This document shows positions 12,832 through 24,552 of a DNA stretch of 64,000 nucleotides, one piece after another. The stretch is from contig RHPI01002615.1 of NCBI GenBank assembly GCA_009103225.1, positions 132,328 to 196,327 on the forward strand, written 5' to 3'. The notes under the pieces were generated by a model, which was given only the letters and a program-made list of their open reading frames with translations, did not search any database and had not been told where the DNA came from. Made by a program: the position numbers and the translations under genes. Each line of letters opens with the position of its first letter. Position 1 is the first letter of the stretch. The DNA is from Chlorokybus atmophyticus (Eukaryota; Plantae; Mesostigma and Chlorokybus algae).

Positions 12832-14332
12832 GGGGGCGTACCTGACTTCAGCCCCAACAACAGTTGCATACATTCAGCATAACCCGCCACCCTTCTGATG
12901 TGAGACTCAGCCTGCCTGCCTTGGCTAGAAGCAGAATACCACATCTACCGTGCTGCAGACACGCTTCTGAGCTACTCACAACAGCGAAATGAGTGAGAGG
13001 CTACATACAAGTCTGTTCATTCATGGCCTGCTTAGGCGCCCATCAGGTCAATGGTACATGCCGCCTTCACGTCTCGTGCAGCAGAGTTGTTAGTGTGGTG
13101 CAAGTGCTACATACACCTGGCCTCCAAACTTCACCAACAACAAAGCAAGCACGTTGCCCGTGCTGCAGCACAGGCACAACAGCGTAGATAATAGATCCAC
13201 ACGGCAAGAACATGCAACAGTCAATGGATATGAACACCGTAAGCATTCAATGGTTGATGCAAAGGAACGTATACATTGACGGCTCGGGAGCGTGTTTGCG
13301 TAGATGTTGATCCTGCCTTGAAGCTCACATGTCGAAACTGGCTGCAAGGGTTTGAGTTTAAACACTTGCAACACCACCTATCACAGTCAGCGACATGTTA
13401 TTGTGCAAGTCCTGGCCGTGAGCGCTGACCATCAGGACTTGCGAGCATGAGCTGGCTTTGCGAATCGCAAAATAATCAGCCTGTTGAGAGGCTTGTACTC
13501 GACAAGAATTTTGATTGGTCGCGCTGACATATCAGCGGCGCTTTCGGTCAACTGAATGAAGCCAGCTGTTCGCGCAAACTGTATTTGCGGTCAAAAGTAA
13601 TATGCGTGACTCAGTTTCAGAGCGTAGTGCCAGCACACAGTCGTTGTGATGACACACTGTTATACAAGTAAGCGTACGTGTTTACGTGCAGTTCTGTGAG
13701 AGACGCCGCCAGCTAACTTTCATTTCGCAGCAGTCATGGTACACTGCGCGGTGCTGAACTACACTGGGCAGGGGCTTTTACGAGTAACGAAGGTGTTATT
13801 GTGCAGGCCTTTGGTGCTTGTCAAAAACACCTCATAAAAGACAGCGGCAGGCGATGTTGGGCATAACATAAACACAAACACAAACACAACCATGAATTGG
13901 CATAATGCAGCTATTGCACCAAGCACTGACAGCCGGCGGGAGTCAGCTCTAGTTAAGGGACTATCCTGGAACCGACGCGCTCGCCGAGCGCCCCGCCAGC
14001 TGTCGTCCAAAGCGCCAAGACGCCCCTGCCCAAACAAAAACCTCCAGCCTGGACGACAGCACCATCACCGCCGCCACCGCCACCCCACCAGATACCCACT
14101 GAGCAGAGCTATGCTGGACAGAAGCCTCTTTGCTTTGCGTGAGACCAGACCAGCTTGAACCACTGTACTGAGGCTCTCGTGACTCACATTGAGAGGCAAG
14201 CGTACTCCTTGACTCACTGTGCTTCGCGAAACACTGTTCAGGGGAAGGGGGATTGATTCACTTCGCGGGATGTGTGTTAGAACGTAGGTCCCTGCAGGTA
14301 ACATTGCTGCAGAGTGTGGTGTCGTGGCGGGC

Positions 14333-15882
14333 ATGGCGACCACCATGGCGGCGGCGGCGGCGACGGCGGCGGGGGCGACGGGGGCGTTGACGAGGTTGAT
14401 CTCTCTGCCCATCCAGCCGTTGCCTGCCGGTCGGAGGAGAAGAACACCGTGCGGGAGGACGAGCAGCAGGGGTTGGAGTGCTCCTCCCCGTGCTCAGCAG
14501 CAGGCGGCGGCGGCGGCTCAGCCTGCCCAGCAGCATGAGCAGGAGCATTCGCCAGCTGGCCAGCTGGCAAGGCCTCTGCCTGAGGCTCATCCAGACCACA
14601 GGTTTCTTAGGAGACTGGAGGACAGGTGGCTTACGGGGAAGGACTGGGGCGAGTTTGAGATAGGGCGGGCTAAGGTGGATGGGCTGAGGGAGAGGGTGAA
14701 GTCCAGCCCGGTGCTGTTCTTCGGGAAGCGGACCGACGCCGCCTCCAACAACGTCTTTAACGCACTCCAGGAGGCCGCCGCAGCCGCCGGCCTGCAGGAC
14801 CAGGTCGACGCCCTGTGGCTGACGGATCTGCGTGATGACGACGAGGAGGAGAAGTGGGTCAAAGCACTCTACCAGGAGACACGCAAGTACACCGTCCCAC
14901 ATCTGTTCATAGGCGGACGCTTCATGGGCTCATCGCAAGGTGGGCATGGGCTTTTGTGTGCAAGTTGTTTGGTTAGGTGTGCAGTCCCTAATTGCACAGA
15001 CGCAAAGAGGTGGTGCATGCTGCAATTGGCGGAATTTGTATACAGTGCAGTACGGTATTCCACCAAGAGCATGCACAATCAAAGAGACTGTGTGCTGCGT
15101 GGAGCATGTGATTTTGGTATGGGTTTTGCGGTTTCTTTCATTCTCTTATATGCACACTTTAGTTTTGTATTAACATCTGCAGTACTTGTTTGGTGAGCAT
15201 GATGCTGCGATATATTGTGCGTATGTCACAGCAAGTCAGCAACACGTGTCAGCAGCGTATGCACAGCAGTGGCGCATTGAGCCATGCCCTTACAGTGGGA
15301 TTCCAAGAGTAGTGCATGGTCTCAACATCTTTTTGACTGAGCCCAATTCATTTGAGCTGGTGAAACCTGTCAGCACGGTTTTGGTACCAAGGGGAGTATC
15401 AACCAACATAGAAGGAAGTGTGTGGAGAAGTTGCTATGTCATTGCGTGCATTATGTGTTGGCGCATGTTGCTGCAGTTTCGTACACACATGTAAGTAAGT
15501 AAGTAAGGTCATTGCACCTTGCTGTGTTCATGCATAAACCACCCCAACAGACGCGTTAAGGAAGGCTTGTAGACGAAGTACCTCAAAAGCTTCTTTCCCT
15601 ATCAAACATATCAAGAGGCATCCTTCCTTGTGTGTATGTGTATAGCGGGTCATCTGGTCACTTGGCATGCGTGTTTCTTTACCAAGTATTTAGTGTAACC
15701 CGGTGCTGTTTATCACTCATCAGTCAACACAAGTGTCAGAATGGTTTGGTTTTACAAGCATTTGCACAAATCCATCCAAGTAGTAAATCTCATATGTGTG
15801 AATTGCAGATGTCCTGCAACTCAAGGAGCAAGGCACGCTGGCGCAGATGATCAAGAACTCAAGGGAGGCGCTCAGGTCATGA
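14333..15882 (+). CDS. Glutaredoxin-like protein lacking the active-site cysteines, with a transit-peptide-like N-terminus
   Basis: Exons 14333-14939 and 15809-15882. Grx fold motifs are VLFFGK, TVPHLFIGGRFMG and DVLQLKEQGTLAQMI. The CxxC position reads RTDAAS. Confidence 0.8.
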
Positions 15883-16607
15883 CAGGGAGCATATATTTTT
15901 TCCTCGCCATTTGCCTGTCTTATTCAGTGGTTGGGGCCTATCAATGCTCAATGCCCAAACATGCCATCATCAGATGTGGATAGGCCCCCCTTTGCAATGG
16001 TAGCCACTGCATGCCTGTTGGCATTAGGATACGCTTGCTGCTGCTATTCGCTTGACCTTGTTGGTTGGCTACACTATGCTACTGGTTTTATGCCTGGTGA
16101 AACGCCTTTTTGGCCGCTGTTGCACCTATGTCTGAGTGTGTGTGCACGCACTGTGCGCATATGTTATGGTATGGGATGTCGCATTTGCAACATGTTCGCT
16201 TATCACCCCTCACTTCGTTACCACTTTGCTCGAATTGTATGGTATGCAACGCTCAGCAGTACTTCAGTGCATCCATAAATGGCGTTTCATATCCTTGACA
16301 GCTTCCCAAACAACGCTGTTGACAGTGCAAGTGTATTCATTTAATGTTGGAGTGTTTGTATGCAAGCCACACGTGCACAGCCCCAAGGCCCGTGCCCGCG
16401 CATGCACGCATGTAGAACTTTGTGACAAAATCCTACACGCACATACATGAACACACGCACACCCACACACTCTTCAGCAAGTCACTTCCCAACGCAAGTA
16501 TGCACGTGTAGTGCATGGGTCCTGTTCAGATAGCATGGAAACGGTGGATGATGCCATGTTGATCAAACACTTTCAACAGGATGTGTGGAACAAAGGAGCC
16601 ATCAACC

Positions 16608-19600
16608 TCATGGAAATGGCAAATCGATATCGGTCACATCCAGCTGCAGGATGTCGGTTTCCACATTACCACCAAGAAGGCTGCCAAGGCTGCACGCACC
16701 ACGGACCCCCTCGCATTAGCCACAAAATAAACATTTGAACCCTTTGCATCAGTGGCTAATCAACAACCATTACTGGCATCACTTACTTTGGGTGCGTGCG
16801 GCCCAAGTCGCCGTGCACAAACTCCTTTATGTACGTGCCCGCCTGTATGCCGCCACATGTACATAGCATCACCACACACACAACCATGCACAGGACTGCT
16901 AATGCAATGTACCTTGCCAACAACCTACTCCAACCAACTCCAAACATAAAAACACCCAACAACAGCAGCCTTTACCTGCGTCCTCAGGTGCAGAACAAAG
17001 CACTGGTCATGTCCAGCAATTCTTTCACACCGCATGCTGCAAAACAGCAGAAAACAGACACAGGCATTGCAGGCATCTGTCAGCAAAGTATGTATGTATG
17101 TATGTATGTATGTATGTATGTATGTATGTATGTATGTATGTATGTATGTATGTGCTAAACAACTACTAGTAGCAGTGATCAAAACATGCTTGCCTGTGTA
17201 TGATGCGTGGTCGGACGAGTGGGCTGCGCCGGTGAAGCACGCGAATGGGAGTCTGCTGCTGAATAACCTGATGGTGTTGGGGGTTGGAGACTTCACAAAC
17301 ATGTGTACAAATAGACTGCGGGAGTTTGGGCATACTGTTTACCAGCTCTTTGGTCTCCTCCATGCGCTTGATATCGTCGTCTGAGACTGGCCGGTCGCAC
17401 CAAACCACCGCCGCATACGTTTTCTGCAACAAGAGAAGAGAAGCATCAATCAAGACACATATTTGAGCACAAGTGTGTGGGTGGGTGGCTGCGTCCGTGC
17501 GCGCACGCACGCACTCACGCACAGACATGTGCGTACGCACACACATGTGTGCACATACACACAGATACAGCTTTACTAAGTTATCTTTGCTGCCATGCTT
17601 TACTACATAGGAAGACACCACATACCTGTTTATCTGCCTCTCCCTCTTTCAGCACCTCGCACGCCTGCTTGCCCACAACCTGCAACCTCGACACCCTCAC
17701 CTGCACTCCCCACACACATACTCACCACCATGTCACCCCATCACACCACAACACCACCACAACCCAACATACACACGTCCTCACCCGCCCGTCGCTCCCC
17801 CGCGCGATTTGTCCCTCGCCCTCCTTGCATTCTGCCGCGGAGGGCACGCGCTTGGCGCCGATGAGCTCGAGTACAAAGGGGCGGCCGGAACCCAACATGC
17901 GCACCTGTGTGTCGGTGTGTGGGTATGTGGGGGGAGGGTACAGGGGAGAGAGTGTGTTTGTTTCTCACGTCGATGTCTTCGCGGCCTGCGGCTTGGAACT
18001 TGCAGTCTGAGGCGTTGAAGAGTGGCAAGGCTACTGCTGCGATCATCTCCTGCGATGCGCATATGTGTGTGTCTGCATGTGTGTACATGTGTTTCACAGA
18101 GGTGTGGCACATGTGTGTACGTGTATGCATGCACGTATGCGCACATCTGTGTGCCCCGTTAGCTTCAACCACGTAACTATGCGTACATCCACGCCAACGG
18201 CTTGTACGCTACGCGCCGTCTGTAATAACCACGACAGAAGAGAGACTCTTCATTCATTGATCACACCTGCACTGAGCTCTGACCGACACGCTCGCCATCG
18301 ACGACCCACGGGCTCTGCGGGACATCCCTTGCCAACTGCAACACTGCACATGTCAACCCTAATAACACACGCACACGCACACGCACACGCACACGCACAC
18401 GCACACACACCTTGAGGTACCGTCCCGCGAGGTAGAGCGCCTCCCTCCTGCACGCCACACTCATCCCGCACGCCTCCTCCACCTGAAACAACGTGGTCAA
18501 CACCTGTCTGTCTGAGCACAACCTTCACGCGAGCACTCACTTGTCGCGGCGGCACGCGTCCTCCCTTCCTCTCAAACTCGTCCGCCGTCGCGACGCGCGC
18601 GAGCGAGCGCAGCACGGCCGCGGCGGACTGATGGTGGGCGTGGCGGTCGCTCTTGCTGAAGCCAACATCTCCTTCTTGTTGATGTGCGTCGCCGCCATCG
18701 CCGTCAACAACAACAGGTGAGGGTCTTCCTCCTCCGCCCCGCCTCTTGCGCTTGCCTGTGGTAGGATGTGTGTGTGTGGGTGGGTGATGTGACGTGTGCA
18801 CGCCGTGGTAATGGTGTGTACAGTGTAGCACAACATAGCATGGTCAAAGCGTGGTATAGCGTCATCATCATCATCAAGTACACATTCGTACGTGTAGTCG
18901 AGTACAGTATGTACGTTCTACAAGACACACACCCACCCACCTGACTGCTGCTGTTGTGTCGCTGCTGCCCTGAGCCCCTCAGGCAAGAACGCCTCCGCCT
19001 CGCGCTCGACGTCGACGGATGCGGTCGGGAGCGCGAACCGCACGGCGATGTGGAAGTCCGCTGCGCTGTCGTGAGAGGCACCCTGTGCGGTGCGTGTGCG
19101 TGTATGTGTGCGTGTGCGTGCGTTTAGGCGTGCGTGCGTTGCAATGGGTTTAGGGAGATATGAAGTGTCACTCACTCACTAGCTCAGCCTCCAGCAGCGG
19201 TGTGGTCCCCCTCTCAAACGCCTCCATCACGCCCTCCACGCTCCCAACAACACCACGCCACCCTCGCCTCTCAAGCCACCACCTTGGGATATGAAAAGAC
19301 ATCGTCGTCCCCGTCACCACACACACCCACACACCCACACACTCTCTCCCTCACCTCATCCCGTGTTGTCGCACGTGCAGTGCGTGCGGTCCCACGCTCT
19401 CGATCAGAAAGGTGTTGACGTGCGTGTGTCCGCCGTCTCGCACGGCTGACGCCAGGGAGGCCGCGTGTGCGACAGCGGGGAGCTGCAGGATGCCCAGACA
19501 GAGACGGCAGGGTGGGGATGTTGTTGCGGTTGGGGTTGGGGTTGGGGTTGGGGTTGGGGTGGTGGTGGTGGTGTGAGTTGTTGAGGTGGTGGTGGGGCAG

Positions 19601-20203
19601 AAGCGTGTGATGCAGCGGGGGCAGACCTGGAGCACGGGAGAGGAGGTGTGGGTGGGTGGGTGCGTGCGCGTGCGCGTGCGCGTGTGCGTGGACACGTGCA
19701 TTCTGCCTGTGTTCGTGCGCTTGCATGCATGCGAAATCAGAGTGCATGCGCACGTCGTTGCATGTGCGTGTATGCGTGTGTTTGTGGCAACCACGGTGTG
19801 TGCGTGTTTCAGTGTGTGCGCGTGTGTTCACGTGTTCGGTGTAGCCACCAAAAGGTGTGCACGTGTTGTTGGTCAGAACACAAGTGCGCACGCGTTGTTT
19901 GGCTGTGTGTATAGATGTAAGCAAAGAGAGAGCAGTGTTGGATCGGTTGGACATGCTCGCAACAAAATGCTCGCTACACTTCTAGCTGACTACTAATTTA
20001 CCTGCCTCGTGCATAGATCATGACAACATAAAAAAACAATAACAACGACAACGACAACGACAACAACAATAACAGCAACAACGACCGCGGCGACAAGTGT
20101 TTGGTCTTGCCTGCAGCTCCGCGAGCAGCGCCGCCGCATCAGCATCCTTCAGCTGTAAAGTATTCCTTCCCTCCTCCGTGCCACCCTCAACCTCACCATC
20201 CAT
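16608..20203 (-). CDS. PUS10: tRNA pseudouridine synthase Pus10
   Basis: Spliced minus-strand exons give VCPRC...CRLCLGIL (zinc site), LYLAGRYLK, VPQSPW, catalytic AGREDIDVRMLGSGRPFVLE, KTYAAVVW, QQTPIRVLHRR, AGTYIKEFVHGDLGRT and DILQLDV. Confidence 0.95.
17087..17151. repeat. (TATG)n microsatellite in a PUS10 intron
   Basis: Perfect tetranucleotide run. Many (CA)/(GT) runs occur in other introns. Confidence 0.95.
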
Positions 20204-20204
20204 G

Positions 20205-20235
<31 letters not shown>

Positions 20236-20270
20236 ATGCACCAACAACCTGCTCCGCCACGGCTCAGGCC

Positions 20271-20930
20271 ATGCCGTCCACAATGTGGGCGCTGAGGAGG
20301 GCGCCGAGGGCGGCGGTGACTGCTGCGCCGCTGTCCAGGCGGCGGCGTCAGCCATCTGCCACGTGGGCATGGCGCCAGGCTGCCGCCGCCGCCGCCGCTG
20401 CGGCTGCAGCTGCCACAGCGGCGGCGGCGTGGCCGACGGTGGCCTTGGCGTGGCACACCGCCGCGTGGGAGCATGAGGAGGCGGCGGCGGAGGACAATGA
20501 CCATGCCACCAACGACAAGGATGCTGACAACAGGGACAAGGAGAGTAGTACAGCCTCCGCCGCCTCCCACTGCTCTCGCCTCTCTCTCCTCATCAAGCAC
20601 GACAAGTACCTCCGTGACAACCATGCAGTAAGCACACACATCCACTCCATCCACAACATCCACCACCACAACAACAACAACAACATCAACATGATCATCA
20701 TCACGAGTATATATACCCAGTGTCAGTGTTAGATGCGTGCGCTGTGGGAAAGCGGATTGATGGACGACGTGCGCTTCAGTTACGCGAAAGACTTCAGGCG
20801 AATCGACGCAGTGTGGCAGTTTGCGGAGTAAGCGGTTAGTGTGTGCGTGCGTGTGTGTGCGCGCGCATGCACGTTTGTGCGCCAGCATGCGAGTATGTGT
20901 GCACGTGTGTGTGAGAGTGCGCGCGCGCGC

Positions 20931-20965
<35 letters not shown>

Positions 20966-21662
20966 TGTGTGTGTGTCACAACGTTGCACCAATGTTGCGT
21001 GCATGAGCAGTAGCATGTGTGGGCATCCAGGCGTGACGCACGGCGGCGTGAGCAGCCTCGCCATCGACTGCACTTTCGGACAGCTCTTTTGTGAGTCCCA
21101 CACTATATGCCAACTCCGTGCTTTCTCCTGATAAACGCACATGCCCACATACTGACTATCATTTGCGTGTGTCCAGACAACTACGCAGTATATGAAGGGC
21201 TTCGACCCGGCTTCACCGTCAATCTCGATGTCAACTTCAGAGCGGTACGCACAACACAAGTGTAGGATACTGAGTCACCTGTGCGTATGCACGCACCACC
21301 ACCACCACCACCACAACAACAACAACAATAACACAGCTTGGCCAAACATAATCTCCAAACTCTCTGTTTGTGACCACCACTCTGTGCCTTTCTTTGCGCA
21401 CGCAGCCCATCCCGACATCCAAGCCGTTCTTGATAACGGCCGAGATCACGCGCGTGGAAGGCCGCAAGGCATGTTGGTTCACCATTGTAACAAGCTTTTG
21501 TTGTTGTGTGTAAGTGAGAAGCGACAGCGGCCTTTTCCACTTGTTGCACTTACCGTCGTGATCGTGTCAAACCAGGTGCACATGAAGGCTGTTGTGCGCG
21601 ACGGTCCGAAGGGACTCGTGTACTCGGATGCTACAGCGGTCTTTGTTATGCCGAGAAACTAA
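20271..21662 (+). CDS. Hot-dog fold acyl-CoA thioesterase (PaaI/THEM4-like)
   Basis: Exons 20271-20627, 20733-20827, 21011-21090, 21177-21244, 21406-21468 and 21576-21662. Motifs are MCGHPGVTHGG, GFTVNLDVNFRAP, EGRKV and ATAVFV. An in-frame upstream ATG exists at 20202. Confidence 0.88.
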
Positions 21663-22805
21663 CTAACTCAGTAGTGATTCAACAACAATCATACAATTGT
21701 ATTTGCGACAGCAGCCAATAAAGGAGCACTGGTTTCCTTTGTAGGTTGTATATGCTTGACTAGTTGATCATGTTCTAGGTCAGAGTTGTCGACTCTGTGT
21801 AGAGCCTGACAGGTTTGTTGGTGCAGCGTATCTTTCATGCTGTGTAGAATTGAAGTGTTGTTTTACGTCTGCATGCAACTCATGTGTACATGCACAACTG
21901 CAGTCGCTACCTATTTGAGGGGTGTTTGGCACTTGAGTTAATGGTGGCGCATGTCGATGTGACCGTGTACGCATAATGCGGAGTGTTACAGCCCATGCAA
22001 GCATTGCAGACTGACTGTGTACGAAGATTGCAATGAGGTGATGTGACCGTGTGTAGCGCATGGCACTTGTTTGTTCATTCGTTTGTAAGTACAAGTAAGG
22101 GTTTGGGGCAGCCCATATGCTTACCTTGTGATCCTTTGCTTGTGCAGTGTCATGTGTGAGTTAGAGCAGCACATTGCGCTGCACGTATGCTTAAAGGTTG
22201 AGAGTATCATCGTCGCAGCATTGCCTCGGGAGCTTATGTGTGTGCCCTTGTGTTGAGTGGGTTATCCCACCCTGCCACATACACACATCACAGTAACTGG
22301 CCTTTTTCTTGAAGATGACAGTTCTACCAACAACGCTTGAAGCAAGGGGTGCAGACTTCTCATGTTGGTGTTTGATATTTAGTGATGTGCACCATGCAGT
22401 CGAAGGGGACAGCACCGAGCCACATGGCGGCGGCGGCGGCGGCGGGGAAGCTCAAGGCCAAGGTGGATGGGTGCGAGCCGGAGGTAGCGTCAGCCTGAAG
22501 CGTGGTGGGTGGGTGGGTAGACAGAGAGGGGGCATTTCGACAGTCGGAGCCTGGGGTCTGGTCAGCCGTTGCATGAGGTGGACGGCAAGGTGCTGGACGA
22601 CTACTCCTTTTCCCAGCCCAGGTCAGCGCTGCGCAGCGCTGCTTAGCTCAGCGCAGTTGATGCATGCATGGCCCAGACTGGCCGATCTTCGCTAAGCTTG
22701 CGTCCGCTTAGCGCAGCTCAGCTCGGCTCAGCTTAGCTCCGGCGCAGTGCAATTGGGCCGAGGCTGACCGCTGCATGCTTGCTGGCTTTCCTTTCCTCCA
22801 AAGTC

Positions 22806-24552
22806 ATGGAGGAGCCTGGGGCGGGCGGCAGCCTCTCACGCTGGAGCGAGCTGCCGGCCGACTGCCTGGAGCGCATCTTCGCGCTGGCGGGGGCCCGGCC
22901 GACTGCCGTTGCGGCGTCAGTGTGCAGGTGGGTGAGCACTGTGTACGTAGTCTACAAACAACGTCTTTGACAGGGAGGCGCGTCACAACGTTCTTTACAA
23001 ATGTTCAGTTACATACTACCCTGACGTGGTGCTTGCCTGCAATTCTCTGTCGCTGCGGTTGTCAATTTTGCAAGAGGTGCGCTGTGCCATGTCAGGGACG
23101 GCTGTCTCGTGTGTTGCAGTGGTCATGTTTGCAAGGACTGTTGAGTGTGCTTGAGCTGTGTGTGAAGCAACTAGTCCTGAGACAGATGTGACTTACTACG
23201 ACCTCCTTATTGCCGATGCGGCTGCGGGTGTCTTTGCCTTCGTGTGCAGGCAATGGAGGGCAGCCTTTCAAAGCAGTCAGGCGTGTGAGCACCTGTGGAA
23301 GGGTTTTTGCCAGCAAGAATTCCCCGACTTCTACGAACGCAGACAAGACAATCCAAGCTGGCTTCCCAACTGGCATGCCAGCTTTGAAGCTGCCATCAAC
23401 TGGCCACACGACCGCTTTAAGCAACGGGAGCATCATTGCAGTCTTGGATCTGCCCCGGCCAACTTCCTGCCTTCTATGTGCGAGCTGTGTGCATTGTGCT
23501 TCTGCGGGGATCGCGTGGTGTCGCTCCTGTCACAAGTAGTTGATAATGCCAGCAAAGCTCTGTGGTTTCATGTGTGGGACTTAAAGGCGGATACGTGTGC
23601 CTTGACTCTCTGCGACACCTACGAGTTACAAAGAAAGCCTCCTACGGACCTCCTGTGGATTCAGCGCTTAGGGCTACTGGCTGTATGCCACTCCAGTCAC
23701 GATGATGGACAGGTGCACGACTACGCCGTATGGACTCTCTCTTCGGCAAGCCTTGAGCATTGGATTGATATACAGATTTCGGACGTGAGGTCCTATTCCC
23801 AACAGTCGCGCACTGATTTGTGGTGCCGCAGCACCGAACCATTATATTTCAAGAGTTGCGAGAGCCGCGTTTCTGCTGTTCGAGATGCAATTCTGGCTAC
23901 GCCATCCATATATCCTGCCTCTTGGAATGCCAATCGAGCCAGTGGTTGCGACAGAAATGCAGCTGCTTTACTGTCACATGGAATGTGTGAAGTGTACGAG
24001 TCTGCTACTTGGGAACCAGAGAGACAGGAGCTAACTGTCCATCACTTGGAGAATGATCGGGAGTCCCCGCCGACAAAACTACCTACCCTGCCACAATGGC
24101 TGCCTCAAGACTGGCTGCAATTTGCGCTACTTCCGTCTGCTGTCGCATCATCTGCAATACGCAATACAGGAATACAAGTTCAGCTGTTTGCCAGGCCCAA
24201 ACTTAAGTTGGTGAAGCACCTGACTTTGGCGCTTCGCTCATCGTCAGCTGGATGCAGAAAGTCGACACCCTCCAAGGGCGAGTTTACGACAAGCGGTGAT
24301 CATTTGGCTTATCACAATCCAAACTTCGGAAGTGTGCTTAATTGGGTTCTGATCAACGCCAGAACCTGCACAGTTCTCTGGGTGACATGCACAGACGACG
24401 GTACATTCGATACTTCGCGATTATGTCCCGCAGAACAGTCGTGCCAGAAAGGTAACTACAAGGCAGCGCTGCATGCGGGGCGGGTGTGCATACAGGAAGC
24501 ACGCTGGCATCCGAGCTTAGGCATGACAATCTTGGACTTCTCCAGTAATTAA
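22806..24552 (+). CDS. F-box domain protein with an unrecognised C-terminal domain
   Basis: Exon 22806-22927 (WSELPADCLERIF...ASVCR) joins exon 23250-24552 (QWRAA...LWKGFC), which stays open for 1.3 kb. Confidence 0.8.

Larger units (their letters stand above)
4510..12900 (+). repeat. Tandem segmental triplication (units about 4.5-6.4, 6.4-9.7 and 9.7-12.9 kb)
   Basis: Shared upstream blocks (GAGAAGCGCACTGC...GTCAAGTCAGTGA), shared gene and shared downstream sequence in each unit. Confidence 0.85.

Noticed and set aside
19528-19562. (TTGGGG)n telomere-like run
   Set aside because: Lies inside a PUS10 exon and encodes a Thr-Pro linker on the minus strand.
21700-22700. Possible minus-strand exons between the thioesterase and F-box genes
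   Set aside because: No consistent spliced frame or recognisable motif.
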